A DNA stretch of 64,000 bases from the NCBI GenBank assembly GCA_047632435.1, contig JBLICU010000005.1:15-64014 (forward strand). The letters are read 5' to 3'. The notes beneath the pieces were generated by a model. That model saw only the letters and a list, made by a program, of their open reading frames with translations, ran no database searches and was not told the origin of the DNA. Positions 30,310-40,373 of the stretch are shown here, piece after piece. Position numbers and translations under genes: made by a program. How positions within the stretch are numbered: the stretch's first letter is position 1; each line of letters starts with the position of its first letter. Origin of the DNA: Cyclobacteriaceae bacterium. GTDB lineage: Bacteria; Bacteroidota; Bacteroidia; Cytophagales; Cyclobacteriaceae.

Positions 30310-33300
30310 ATGTTAAAGTCATTTCTCCATGTGATAATTCTTAACCTAGCTGTTTTAGCAGGTTCATTCGGGGCAGATCAAATACAATTTGATCATATAA
30401 TTGAACTTCCCGACAACCCTGTCTTTTGTATAACACAAGACAAAAAAGGTTTTATGTGGTTCGGAACCAAAAATGGTCTTTTGAAATTTGATGGTCATGA
30501 ATTAACCACATTTAACTCAAGTGATGACGACAGCACATCCCTCACCAATGATTGGATTTGGTCAATTTACTGTGACACCCGGTCTGAACTATGGATCGGC
30601 AGTGCGGACGGTCTTAATCTTTGGATAGACAAAGAAAATCGATTTCAAAGAATCGTACTTCCTTCATCGGAAAACGGGAAGAACAAGCCAGTTACCATAA
30701 GAAAAATATATGAAGATAAACAAGGAAATCTGTGGATCGGAACCAATCATGGCCTTTATATTAAATCCTATGATAATCCGGATTTCCATAAATGTGACTT
30801 AAGCTATGGACTGAGTCAATTAACAGATTATGATATCAAAGAAATATTCGAGGGCTCGAACAATCATTTGTATGTCGCAACACAATTTGGTATTTCCTCA
30901 ATTGTTAATAGAAAACTTTCGTATCAAACAATTCCGGCCAACCTAGTTCTTAAAATTGATAATCAAATTGAGGATACAAGATCTGTATACTCCGACGCAA
31001 TAAATGATGTTTTTTGGATCGGAACCCAGTCAGAAATGACTGGTCTTATAAAATCACAAAACCGAAGTGGTAAAAATGAGATAATTACGTTAAAAGGATC
31101 CGTCGAAATTAATAGTATCAGAATAATCCGAAATTTTGGAGATAATACCCTTTGGTTAGGAACAATGAACGGGTTGATACAACTAGATACTCTGACTAAT
31201 ACTACTGAAAAACACTTAAACCACCTTTCAATTAGAGATATTTACCAGGATATCGAAAAAGGGCTCTGGGCGGCCACATACAATGATGGAATATATTACT
31301 ATTCGCCAAATTCCAACCGATTTGAGCATATTTATGAATACGCCAAGCCATTCTCCACACAAGAACAAAACCGAAGTGAGGTGGTCACTGATGTCGTACA
31401 ATCGAAGGACAATCAAATATGGATCGGTACAGAATATGGTCTCAAAGTCTATAGGCCTGACCACAAGAATTTTCCTATTCATTTAAATAGAACAATGCAA
31501 ACAGCTATTGTCAATGATCGTGTAAAATGTCTTGAATATACGAATGATAATATGCTTTGGGTGGGGACATTTAATGGAATTAGCTGTCTCGATTTAACAA
31601 ACGGAAATATAAAAAACTATGTTCCAACATCTAACCCTAAAAATCAGGGTTGGAATGAAATCCATGATCTAATAAAGATTAAGGAAGAGGTGTGGATTGG
31701 TACAAATGGTGGTGGGGTATTTTGCCTTGATAGAGATTTTCGCTTCACACAACATGCCGACCATTTTATTCGAGGAGCGAATTATGTAAACGCTATGCAT
31801 TCCTTTACTGATAGTATCATTTGGATAGGCTCAAATGCCGGATTAAGTGCTATCAAACCTGATGGTAGGGAATTTAAAAAATTTGGATCCAGCAATTATA
31901 TGTTTCCAGAGGTGAACGTAATTTCCATAACACATGATAATAAAAATAATTTATGGTTGGGTACTGAAAGATCAGGACTGATTTACTTTGATCCACAGTC
32001 TTTCGATTTTCTAAGGATCAACAAGGAGAATGGTTTACCGGATAATAACATAAAGTCGGTACAAATTGATGTATCTCAAAACCTTTGGGTCACCACACAA
32101 CAAGGACTTCTAAACATTTCTCTATCGCCCAAAGAAGATCTTCAATCAACATCTTTTGAGGTTTATGATTTTTCTATCAATACAGATTTTGGCAAACCAC
32201 TATTCTTAAGTAATAGCACAACCAAAACGTCATCTGGAGAAATACTTTTTGGAACACATCATGGTATTACCTATTTTGATCCATCTCAAATATCAAGTTC
32301 CCGCAAGTACCCTAAAGTATGGATAAGGGATATCAGTATAAACCAGCAAAAAATAACCATTAACAAGGATTTATCATTGAAATATGGCAATACTGAAGAA
32401 TTGCTTGTGTTGAGTCTGGAACATTACGAGTCTGTTCTATCGTTTTACTTCACGGGCATTAATTATAGTAATCAAGATGAGCTTTATTATGCATACAACA
32501 TAGATGGAATTAATGATAGATGGGAGATAATTAACAAACAGCGTCAGCTAAGCTTCAATTACCTACCACCAGGAAAGTATACATTAAGACTTAAATCAAG
32601 CAATTCAAAACAAAATTGGGGAAGTGACTACACCGCATTAGACCTCATTATAAATCCTCCTTTTTATAAGTCGCTGATTGCTTTTCTTATTTATGGGGTA
32701 ACCATTTTAGCACTACTTTATATATTCTTCTATTACTCTTCCAACTGGCAAAAAATGAAAAATCGCCTTGTAATCGAAGAACTTAATAAGAACAAAGAAT
32801 ATGAACTTCATCAGTTAAAATCGGAGTTTTTTATTAATATTTCTCATGAGCTCAAAGCACCATTGACGTTAATTCTTGCCCCAGTTGAGGATTTACTAGC
32901 TCAAAAAATTGAAAATACTGGAGTGCGCAACCGATTAAAAATGGTCAAACGAAACGCTGAGAGGATTTTGAAATTGGTAAATCAAATTGTGGATGTAAGG
33001 AAAATTGAAACCTCTCGTGAGAGCTTAAATGTAGCTAAATACGACATTATAGCATTCATTCATGAGGTTTCTTCAGTGTTCAATGAATTATCCAGAATCA
33101 AAAATATTGAATTCAATATAAGTTCTAGCAGTGAAAATATTGATCTTTGGTTCGATCGAAATAAATTAGAAACAGCCATTTCGAATCTCCTCTCAAATGC
33201 GTTTAAATACACCAAAGAAAACGGTAAAATTGAAGTGTCTATTGTCACTCAAAAAAGGTCAAAAGGGTTAGATGAAGATGATCAGGTTAATATTATCATT

Positions 33301-34389
33301 GAAGATAATGGGAAAGGAATAGCTCAGGAAGATATCCCACATCTCTTCGACCGTTTTTATCACATTTCAAATAGAAATAAACGTCTTTCTATAGGTGATG
33401 GCATTGGGTTGGATTTGGCTAAAAAATGTATCGAAATACAAAAAGGTTCAATAAAAATTGAAAGTCTTCAGGAAAATGAAAGAACAAGTGGTCTTACTAG
33501 AATCACTATTTCCTTAAAACGAGGAAATCAACATTTTGATGATAATGACGTAACAAATGAGCCGTTACATCATTCATCAACTAAAGACCCTGATCTCAAT
33601 GACTATGCTCTCATAAACCTCATTGATGCAAAAGCTAGCGATAGCAATATTGATGACTATTCCATTTTGATTGTAGATATCAACTCTGAATCGATTCAAC
33701 AAATTCGTGATATATTTTCAAATTGCAATCATATATATGACACTTCTGATGGTTTGGAAGCATGGAAATTGACTCTGGATATAATTCCTGACATTGTAAT
33801 TAGTTCAGAAAGTGCCGGCACAATTGATGGAGAAGAATTATGTCATAGAATAAAAATAGATGAACGCACATGTCACATTCCTGTAATTCTTCTATCTGAA
33901 CAAAATCAATTTAATAATCAAGCTGAGTTTGTGCCTGATGAGTTTATTGCTAAACCAATTAATGCGGATTTTCTAAAGCAGAGAGTTGAATACTTTATTG
34001 ATCAAAGAAACAGAATAAGACGACAATTTGAAAAGAAATCAATATTGAAACCCAATCAGATAACTTCTTATGATGAGAAAATGTTAGATAGCGTAATCAA
34101 CTATATTGAGGATCACCTGTCCGACCCTAATCTATCTGTAGAGCGTATGAGCAAAGAAATTGGGATCAGCAGGGTTCATTTTTATAGAAAAATAAAATCA
34201 GTAATGAACATGTCCCCTAATGAATTCATCCGATCCTATCGAATAAGAAAAGCGGGACAATTGCTTGAACAGAAAAAACTTAATATTTCGGATGTTCGGA
34301 TGATGGTTGGTTTCAATGATGCAGATTACTTCAGATCTTGTTTTAAGAAAGAATTCGGTGTAAATCCTTCGGATTTCATGAAGGACTAA
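30310..34389 (+). CDS. Hybrid two-component system (beta-propeller sensor, Y_Y_Y, TM, HisKA, HATPase, atypical REC, AraC HTH)
   Basis: Repeated LWIGT propeller blades, YLPPGKYTLRLKSSN, SHELKAPLT, NLLSNAFKYT, DNGKGI and AraC (SKEIGISRVHFYRKIK...GFNDADYFRSCFKKEFG). Confidence 0.95.
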   Translation: MLKSFLHVIILNLAVLAGSFGADQIQFDHIIELPDNPVFCITQDKKGFMWFGTKNGLLKFDGHELTTFNSSDDDSTSLTNDWIWSIYCDTRSELWIGSADGLNLWIDKENRFQRIVLPSSENGKNKPVTIRKIYEDKQGNLWIGTNHGLYIKSYDNPDFHKCDLSYGLSQLTDYDIKEIFEGSNNHLYVATQFGISSIVNRKLSYQTIPANLVLKIDNQIEDTRSVYSDAINDVFWIGTQSEMTGLIKSQNRSGKNEIITLKGSVEINSIRIIRNFGDNTLWLGTMNGLIQLDTLTNTTEKHLNHLSIRDIYQDIEKGLWAATYNDGIYYYSPNSNRFEHIYEYAKPFSTQEQNRSEVVTDVVQSKDNQIWIGTEYGLKVYRPDHKNFPIHLNRTMQTAIVNDRVKCLEYTNDNMLWVGTFNGISCLDLTNGNIKNYVPTSNPKNQGWNEIHDLIKIKEEVWIGTNGGGVFCLDRDFRFTQHADHFIRGANYVNAMHSFTDSIIWIGSNAGLSAIKPDGREFKKFGSSNYMFPEVNVISITHDNKNNLWLGTERSGLIYFDPQSFDFLRINKENGLPDNNIKSVQIDVSQNLWVTTQQGLLNISLSPKEDLQSTSFEVYDFSINTDFGKPLFLSNSTTKTSSGEILFGTHHGITYFDPSQISSSRKYPKVWIRDISINQQKITINKDLSLKYGNTEELLVLSLEHYESVLSFYFTGINYSNQDELYYAYNIDGINDRWEIINKQRQLSFNYLPPGKYTLRLKSSNSKQNWGSDYTALDLIINPPFYKSLIAFLIYGVTILALLYIFFYYSSNWQKMKNRLVIEELNKNKEYELHQLKSEFFINISHELKAPLTLILAPVEDLLAQKIENTGVRNRLKMVKRNAERILKLVNQIVDVRKIETSRESLNVAKYDIIAFIHEVSSVFNELSRIKNIEFNISSSSENIDLWFDRNKLETAISNLLSNAFKYTKENGKIEVSIVTQKRSKGLDEDDQVNIIIEDNGKGIAQEDIPHLFDRFYHISNRNKRLSIGDGIGLDLAKKCIEIQKGSIKIESLQENERTSGLTRITISLKRGNQHFDDNDVTNEPLHHSSTKDPDLNDYALINLIDAKASDSNIDDYSILIVDINSESIQQIRDIFSNCNHIYDTSDGLEAWKLTLDIIPDIVISSESAGTIDGEELCHRIKIDERTCHIPVILLSEQNQFNNQAEFVPDEFIAKPINADFLKQRVEYFIDQRNRIRRQFEKKSILKPNQITSYDEKMLDSVINYIEDHLSDPNLSVERMSKEIGISRVHFYRKIKSVMNMSPNEFIRSYRIRKAGQLLEQKKLNISDVRMMVGFNDADYFRSCFKKEFGVNPSDFMKD

Positions 34390-34710
34390 AACAATCATAT
34401 AATTCTTAGGTACACCCCTTCTTCCATTTCATATACAAAAGTCAAAAGTGGATATTTTTATCTAACCTAATATTAAAATTGTTTGTCGCGAAGACGTGCT
34501 AAGAACGTCAACCAAAATTTAGAGGTGTTTAATTACAAAATCGCAAGGAGCCTCAAAAACTTAATCATATATCTAGAGATCAAATGCCCCTTTCTTTTCA
34601 AAAATTCTGCTTAAGCCAGATAAATTTTCTTATTCTCTCATTCTAAAAAATCAACAATTCTTTCAAGCAAAAGAATGAATAAGGTGTACTCTTTTGTGTA
34701 AACCAGACAT

Positions 34711-34743
34711 AAAAAAAGCACTTACGAATTAACGTAAGTGCTT
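34711..34743 (-). terminator. Rho-independent terminator of the tRNA operon
   Basis: GCACTTACG-TTAATT-CGTAAGTGC followed by T7 on the minus strand. Confidence 0.8.
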
Positions 34744-34754
34744 GATTATCAAAG

Positions 34755-34828
34755 TGATCCGCTCGGGACTCGAACACGAAACCTACTGCTTAGAAGGCAG
34801 TTGCTCTATCCAATTGAGCTAGCGGACC
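34755..34828 (-). tRNA. tRNA-Arg (anticodon TCT)
   Basis: Acceptor stem GGTCCGC/GCGGATC, anticodon arm ACTGC-CTTCTAA-GCAGT and T-loop TTCGAGT. One T-C mismatch in the T-stem. CCA not encoded. Confidence 0.92.
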
Positions 34829-34861
34829 ATCGAACTACATTTCCCTTCGGATGAAGTAGTG

Positions 34862-34948
<87 letters not shown>

Positions 34949-35001
34949 GTGTAATTAGCTGTTTTGATTTACTTTTTCAGAGCGATCCCTGAAAAGGACT
35001 G

Positions 35002-35032
35002 CAAACCTAGAGAAAAACAATTATTTAACAAA
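35002..35032 (-). promoter_or_regulatory. Canonical Bacteroidota sigmaA promoter for the tRNA operon
   Basis: TTTG (35032-35029), a 19-nt spacer, then TAGGTTTG (35009-35002). Confidence 0.75.
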
Positions 35033-35213
35033 TAGTAATATTTACAAAAGCCTGATTTTTTAATACTAATCTTCAATTTGATCTTCTATTATCTTTAAAC
35101 AAAGAATCCATCGTTCGCTAATCATACACTTTCTTTTTTGCCATTAAAAAACGTTAAATGAAACCATGGTTTATTGGGCAGTACTACTTACTTGCTTAAT
35201 TTAGCAGCCGTTT

Positions 35214-36182
35214 ATGAATTGGTCATACAGCTTAGGTACGTTTGAGGGGATTGCCATTGCCCTTTTCGCTTTTTTTTATATTCTCTACGCCATCCGTATG
35301 ATACGGATCAGCAGGAAAATTCATGCGCCGATCCACAGGACCTTAATTAAACTCATCCTTCGCACGTCCTACTTTATACTTATTGTCATTGCTTTGCTTG
35401 GCCCCTCTTTTGGTGAAACCAGTCGTGAAATCAAGTCTGTTGGAAAGGATCTCTTCGTTTGTGTGGATTTATCGCAATCCATGAATGCTTTTGACATCCA
35501 ACCGACCAGATTGGAGCGTGTTAAATTCGAACTTAAAAATATTGTAGAGGCATTTAGTTCTGATCGAATAGGGCTGATTATGTTCTCCAATGAAGCATTT
35601 ATGCAATGTCCCCTGACCTATGACAACAATGCGTTAAACATTTTCATACAATCACTGAATACGGATTTGGTGCCAAATACCGGAACAGATTTTGGCCCTC
35701 CTCTTAAAATGGCTCTTAAAAAACTACAAGACGAAGAGTCCGGACCATCAAAACAAAAATCAAAAATCATCATTCTGATCAGCGATGGAGAAGATTTTGG
35801 TGAAGAAACAGATCAAATAGCTGAGGAGATTGAAAATTCGGGTTTGAAATTGTTCACGCTCGGTGTAGGGACGGACAAGGGCTCTAAAATCTTACTCAGT
35901 CGGGGTTATAAAAAAGACAAAAGTGGGAATGAGGTTGTGAGCAAAATCAATCCCACATCATTAAAAAAATTAGCCGCTGATACTGGTGGTAAATATTTTG
36001 AAATCAATGATAACAAAAATGACGTTGAAAGATTAATCAATACAATCAACGAAATAGAAGGAGAACTTAGAGATGCCAAAAAAGTGGACGTCAAGGCCAA
36101 TAAATATTATTATTTCCTCGCTATCGCTCTTTTTCTTATGTTTTTCGATTTATTGATCAGTATTAGAATCATCAAAATATGA
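35214..36182 (+). CDS. VWA-domain membrane protein (BatB-like)
   Basis: MIDAS DLSQSM, CPLTYD, GTDFG and ISDGEDF. N- and C-terminal TM segments. Confidence 0.85.
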   Translation: MNWSYSLGTFEGIAIALFAFFYILYAIRMIRISRKIHAPIHRTLIKLILRTSYFILIVIALLGPSFGETSREIKSVGKDLFVCVDLSQSMNAFDIQPTRLERVKFELKNIVEAFSSDRIGLIMFSNEAFMQCPLTYDNNALNIFIQSLNTDLVPNTGTDFGPPLKMALKKLQDEESGPSKQKSKIIILISDGEDFGEETDQIAEEIENSGLKLFTLGVGTDKGSKILLSRGYKKDKSGNEVVSKINPTSLKKLAADTGGKYFEINDNKNDVERLINTINEIEGELRDAKKVDVKANKYYYFLAIALFLMFFDLLISIRIIKI

Positions 36183-37003
36183 AAACTGCCATTCTTATAT
36201 TACTCCTGCTATTCACAGATCCTTTGGAATTGGCAAGGATTAATGGTTTAAAAAAAGATGCCAATGAGGCTTTCAAATCCGGCAACTATGAACTGGCCGC
36301 TTCACAGTACACCATGCTTGCAGATAGCTTGGGCGTAAATGAAGATGAAATATTCTTGAATCTAGCGCATAGCCATTTTCATACTGGCGATACAGCGGCT
36401 GCAAAAAGGAATTACCAGAGTGTTGCCTCCTCTCATGACAAGAAACTCAAGTCCATTGCTTCTCAACAATTGGGTGTATTGGCCAAGGATGCACAAAAAC
36501 TTGAAGAGTCACTCAGCCTTCTGAAAAACGCGATCAAAGCTGATCCTACTAATTCTGGAGCCAAGTACGACTATGAATTAGTCAAAAAACTACTTGATCA
36601 GCAAAAAGAAAATCAACAAGATCAGGAAGGCGAAGATAAAGACCAAAAAGATCAGGAAAATAAAGAAGAGCAAAAAGATAAGAGCCAAGAAAAAGGAGAC
36701 GAAGAAAAAGGAGACGAAGAAAAACAAAATGAGGAAAAGTCTGAAGAAGAAAAATCAGACGAATCTAAAGACGGGGAACAAAAAGATCAGGAAAATCAAG
36801 AAGAGCAAGAAGGCGAAAAAAGTGACGAAGAGAAACAGAAGGAAATGGATGACGCCACCAAACAAAAGCTGAAAGAAATGAACATCAGCCCAGAAAAGGC
36901 AGAAATGATTCTGGAGGCACTAAAAAACAACGAAATTCAGTATATTCAGCAGCAAAGACGTCAACCCATAGAAAAACAGGATACGGGTAAGCCTGATTGG
37001 TAA
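36179..37003 (+). CDS. TPR protein with Q/E/K/D-rich linker (BatC-like)
   Basis: TPR helices, AKYDYEL, a low-complexity acidic/basic tract, AEMILEAL and the C-terminal KPDW. Confidence 0.8.
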   Translation: MKTAILILLLLFTDPLELARINGLKKDANEAFKSGNYELAASQYTMLADSLGVNEDEIFLNLAHSHFHTGDTAAAKRNYQSVASSHDKKLKSIASQQLGVLAKDAQKLEESLSLLKNAIKADPTNSGAKYDYELVKKLLDQQKENQQDQEGEDKDQKDQENKEEQKDKSQEKGDEEKGDEEKQNEEKSEEEKSDESKDGEQKDQENQEEQEGEKSDEEKQKEMDDATKQKLKEMNISPEKAEMILEALKNNEIQYIQQQRRQPIEKQDTGKPDW

Positions 37004-37025
37004 AGTAGTTATTGGTTTATTTAAA

Positions 37026-37101
37026 GTAAAGAGTAAAGAGTAAAGAGTAAAGAGTAAAGAGTAAAGAGTAAAGAGTAAAGAGTAATAACTAACTAACTAA
37101 C
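37026..37101. repeat. Tandem repeats (GTAAAGA)8 followed by (TAAC)4
   Basis: Eight perfect heptamers at 37026-37081 plus partial GTAA, then four TAAC units at 37086-37101. Confidence 0.95.
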
Positions 37102-37157
37102 TAATAATAATTGTTTACTACCAACTGATAACAGTCCACTACTAATTGCACAAAAAA

Positions 37158-38336
37158 ATGGAAGAAGTATATATCATCTCAGCCGTAAGAACCCCTATTG
37201 GCAGCTTTGGCGGTGCATTGGCAAGTTTCACAGCTGTGGAATTAGGAAGTAAGGCTATAAAAGGAGCATTGGCAAAGGCGAATGTACCAGTGTCAGAAGT
37301 GAATGAAGTATTCATGGGCAATGTGGTTTCAGCAAACTTAGGTCAGGCTCCAGCAAGACAAGCTGCAATTGGCGCAGGCATTGGCTACAACGTACCCTGC
37401 ACCACAGTCAATAAAGTTTGTGCTTCTGGGATGAAATCGGTTATGTTTGGCGCACAATCGATTATGCTGGGCATCAATGACATAGTAGTGGCTGGAGGAA
37501 TGGAAAGCATGTCCAATATCCCTTATTATATACCTAAAGCCCGTTTTGGATATAAATATGGAAATGGACAACTAGTTGATGGTCTGCAGCAAGATGGACT
37601 TTGGGAAGCTTATCATCAGTTTCCAATGGGAAGCTGTGCAGATAACACTGCAAAAGAAAAAGGCATTTCGCGAGAAGAACAAGATGCATTCGCTATCAAT
37701 TCATATAAAAAAGTGGCTGCCTCCACAGAAGCGGGTAAATTCAAAGATGAAATTATTCCAATCGAAATTCCTCAAAGAAAAGGCGATCCTATCATCATGG
37801 ATACAGATGAAGAATACAAAAATGTAAACTTTGATAAAATACCGTCGCTAAGACCAGTTTTCAATAAGGATGGAACGGTAACCGCAGCAAATGCATCAAC
37901 CATCAATGATGGTGCTGCCGCGCTGATTCTGGCAAGCAAGAAGAAAGTAGATGAGCTTGGATTAAAGCCAATCGGAAAAATTCTCGGGTTTGGTGATGCC
38001 GCTCAGGAACCTATCTGGTTTACTACTGCACCTTCTTTGGCGATACCAAAAGCTATCAAACACGCGGGAATCACATCTTCAGACGTGGATTTTTATGAAA
38101 TCAATGAGGCTTTTTCTGTGGTAGCCATTGCCAATAACCGCGAACTCAATTTGAATCCAGATAAAGTGAATGTAAATGGTGGAGCAGTTGCATTGGGACA
38201 TCCTCTAGGCGCTTCAGGTGCCAGAATCATCACCACTCTTGCCTCTGTTTTGCAACAAAATAAAGGAAAAATTGGAGTTGCTGGAATCTGTAATGGTGGC
38301 GGTGGCGCCTCAGCAATAGTGATCGAAAAAATTTGA
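37158..38336 (+). CDS. Acetyl-CoA C-acetyltransferase (thiolase)
   Basis: NKVCASG (Cys), EINEAF, GHPLGASG and CNGGGG. ATG at 37158 preferred. Confidence 0.95.
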   Translation: MEEVYIISAVRTPIGSFGGALASFTAVELGSKAIKGALAKANVPVSEVNEVFMGNVVSANLGQAPARQAAIGAGIGYNVPCTTVNKVCASGMKSVMFGAQSIMLGINDIVVAGGMESMSNIPYYIPKARFGYKYGNGQLVDGLQQDGLWEAYHQFPMGSCADNTAKEKGISREEQDAFAINSYKKVAASTEAGKFKDEIIPIEIPQRKGDPIIMDTDEEYKNVNFDKIPSLRPVFNKDGTVTAANASTINDGAAALILASKKKVDELGLKPIGKILGFGDAAQEPIWFTTAPSLAIPKAIKHAGITSSDVDFYEINEAFSVVAIANNRELNLNPDKVNVNGGAVALGHPLGASGARIITTLASVLQQNKGKIGVAGICNGGGGASAIVIEKI

Positions 38337-38406
38337 TTTTATTAGATTTTGGCCTAAAAAAGATATTGGTGATTTTCGTTTTCCATTTCAGATTTTGTAA
38401 TCAATT

Positions 38407-39705
38407 ATGAGAATCACAATCTCTTTTAGCTTACTATTCCTATCCAAAATTCTCCTTGCTCAAGAGCCGGTAACAACTTTCTATGAATCAAATGGAGCCA
38501 TTAAAGAAAAATACCAAATCATCTGGGAAGACACTGCTGTAGTGCACGGTGATTATAAAATGCTGAGTCCGGCCGGAAAAGTGATTGTAACTGGAAAATA
38601 CGACCATGGCAAGCGTGAAGGATATTTTTACAACTATTATGAAGATGGTTCCATACAAAGAGAAACCTTCTACGAACACGGCTTGAAGCAAGGAGTCACT
38701 AAAGTTTACGCGACGAGCGGGCAGGTTCTTCAGGAAGCCTTATTTCAAAACGATACGCTCACTGGAAACCTGAAAATATATGATGAATCTGGTCAGGTAA
38801 GAGGAGAAACAGCTTTTTTGAACGGAAAACCAGATGGCCTGGTGGTTTCCTACTTTGATACCGGCATCAAATCAGAGGAAATCCAATATGAAAACGGAAA
38901 ACCCAACGGATACACACGGCAGTATTACCAAAATGGAAACATAAAGCTTGAAGCGGAATATAAAAGTGGATTATTGGATGGGCAGTATAAGACCTTTTAC
39001 CCTTCCGGTAAACTCGAAATGGAAGTTTTGAACCTCAGAGGTCAGCGCTCCGGATATGTCAAGTACTATCACGAAAATGGCCAGCTGAAATCAGAAGGTG
39101 TATATGAAGATGGTGCTTTGCAGGGCAAATTTGTGAGCTTCTATGAAGACGGCAGCTCACGTGCTGATTTCAAATACAATGATGGCAATAAAACCGGGAA
39201 AAACATCGAATACCATCCTAACGGAAAAATCAGAATTGAGTCGGTTTACTCCAACCATGGGCTTAACGCTAAAATCAAAGAGTATACAGATAAATCTAAA
39301 TTGGTCTCGGATATATCCTTGGTCAACGAACTACCCGATGGTCAATGGATCTTTTACGACGAGAAAGGACGACCTTCCAAAATCGAAGATTACCAGGCAG
39401 GCAAACTTCATGGACTGTTGCAACATTATGGCAATGGCAAATTGATGTTTAAAGCAGAATATGCTTTTGGAAATCAGCAGGGCGCAACGCTGGAATATTA
39501 TCCGAATGGTGACCTGATGGTCTCCTCCACTTGGAAAATCGGGATGCTCAATGGGCCATATATCCGGTATTACAAAAAAGACCAAAAGGAATATGAAGGG
39601 AACTATGTTCGCAATAAGCGAAACGGTACCTGGATATTTTATGATAAAAAGGGAATTGTGACTGAAACTTTGGAATATACCTTTGGTAAAGTCTCGGAGA
39701 ACTAA
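38407..39705 (+). CDS. Secreted MORN-variant repeat protein (YwqK-like repeats)
   Basis: Signal peptide plus many G.Y..YY.NG.L..E..Y..G repeats. Confidence 0.85.
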   Translation: MRITISFSLLFLSKILLAQEPVTTFYESNGAIKEKYQIIWEDTAVVHGDYKMLSPAGKVIVTGKYDHGKREGYFYNYYEDGSIQRETFYEHGLKQGVTKVYATSGQVLQEALFQNDTLTGNLKIYDESGQVRGETAFLNGKPDGLVVSYFDTGIKSEEIQYENGKPNGYTRQYYQNGNIKLEAEYKSGLLDGQYKTFYPSGKLEMEVLNLRGQRSGYVKYYHENGQLKSEGVYEDGALQGKFVSFYEDGSSRADFKYNDGNKTGKNIEYHPNGKIRIESVYSNHGLNAKIKEYTDKSKLVSDISLVNELPDGQWIFYDEKGRPSKIEDYQAGKLHGLLQHYGNGKLMFKAEYAFGNQQGATLEYYPNGDLMVSSTWKIGMLNGPYIRYYKKDQKEYEGNYVRNKRNGTWIFYDKKGIVTETLEYTFGKVSEN

Positions 39706-40274
39706 AAATAGACTAAAACCTGGGTTGATTCTCTATAGATTGTCTTGATTTTCGGGGAATCATAATCCAACTCGTATCTAAAAGAAGTTGCAAATGCCTT
39801 ATTTGGGATCTCAGAAAATCCAAAATAAAGCATCTCATTATATTCGCTAAAAGCATTGAAACTGATATTTTGAAGTTCGAAGAAATCACTTAAATCAGTT
39901 CCCGGCACCACATAGCTCCTATTGAAGCATAACGTATCGGCAGCATAAATCCTGATGTCATTTATTGGACTATTGTGTCTAAATGAAGGTGAACAGGCAT
40001 AAGCGCTATTTATTAAGCCAAACCTATTGATTTTCTGTTGTGTTAAAAATTCATCGGCTTTTAATTCAATTTGAAATTCAGAAATATGAATTGAATCGGA
40101 CATTTCAAATAAAAAAAATCCATCGCCATGATTATACCTGGCACCTACATTAAAGGAATAAGATTCAATTCTATAAGGTTTACCACCTTCACATTCTTCA
40201 AAATCACAAGAAAATGGGAATCCCGTCAATAGAGTGAGTGAAATCAGAATTTTGAAGCGGAATGTTAAATTCAT
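39702..40274 (-). CDS. Hypothetical lipoprotein
   Basis: 190-aa ORF with PFSC lipobox-like motif and internal AYACSP. AT-rich. Confidence 0.6.
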   Translation of the reverse strand: MNLTFRFKILISLTLLTGFPFSCDFEECEGGKPYRIESYSFNVGARYNHGDGFFLFEMSDSIHISEFQIELKADEFLTQQKINRFGLINSAYACSPSFRHNSPINDIRIYAADTLCFNRSYVVPGTDLSDFFELQNISFNAFSEYNEMLYFGFSEIPNKAFATSFRYELDYDSPKIKTIYRESTQVLVYF

Positions 40275-40373
40275 AACTCATATTTTCAACCAAAAAAAGT
40301 AAATTAACAATTAGCCACCAAAATCTAATCATCATACATCCAATGTATAGCCAGAACACTATCTTTGCCGGCT

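Noticed and set aside
36594-36872. Lys-rich 92-aa ORF
   Set aside because: Alternative frame of the low-complexity BatC-like linker.
37026-37085. Tandem repeat as a CRISPR array
   Set aside because: 7-bp units with no spacers and no cas genes in the window.
38407-39705. YwqK-type antitoxin of a toxin-antitoxin system
   Set aside because: It has a signal peptide and only MORN-variant repeats, and no cognate toxin is adjacent.
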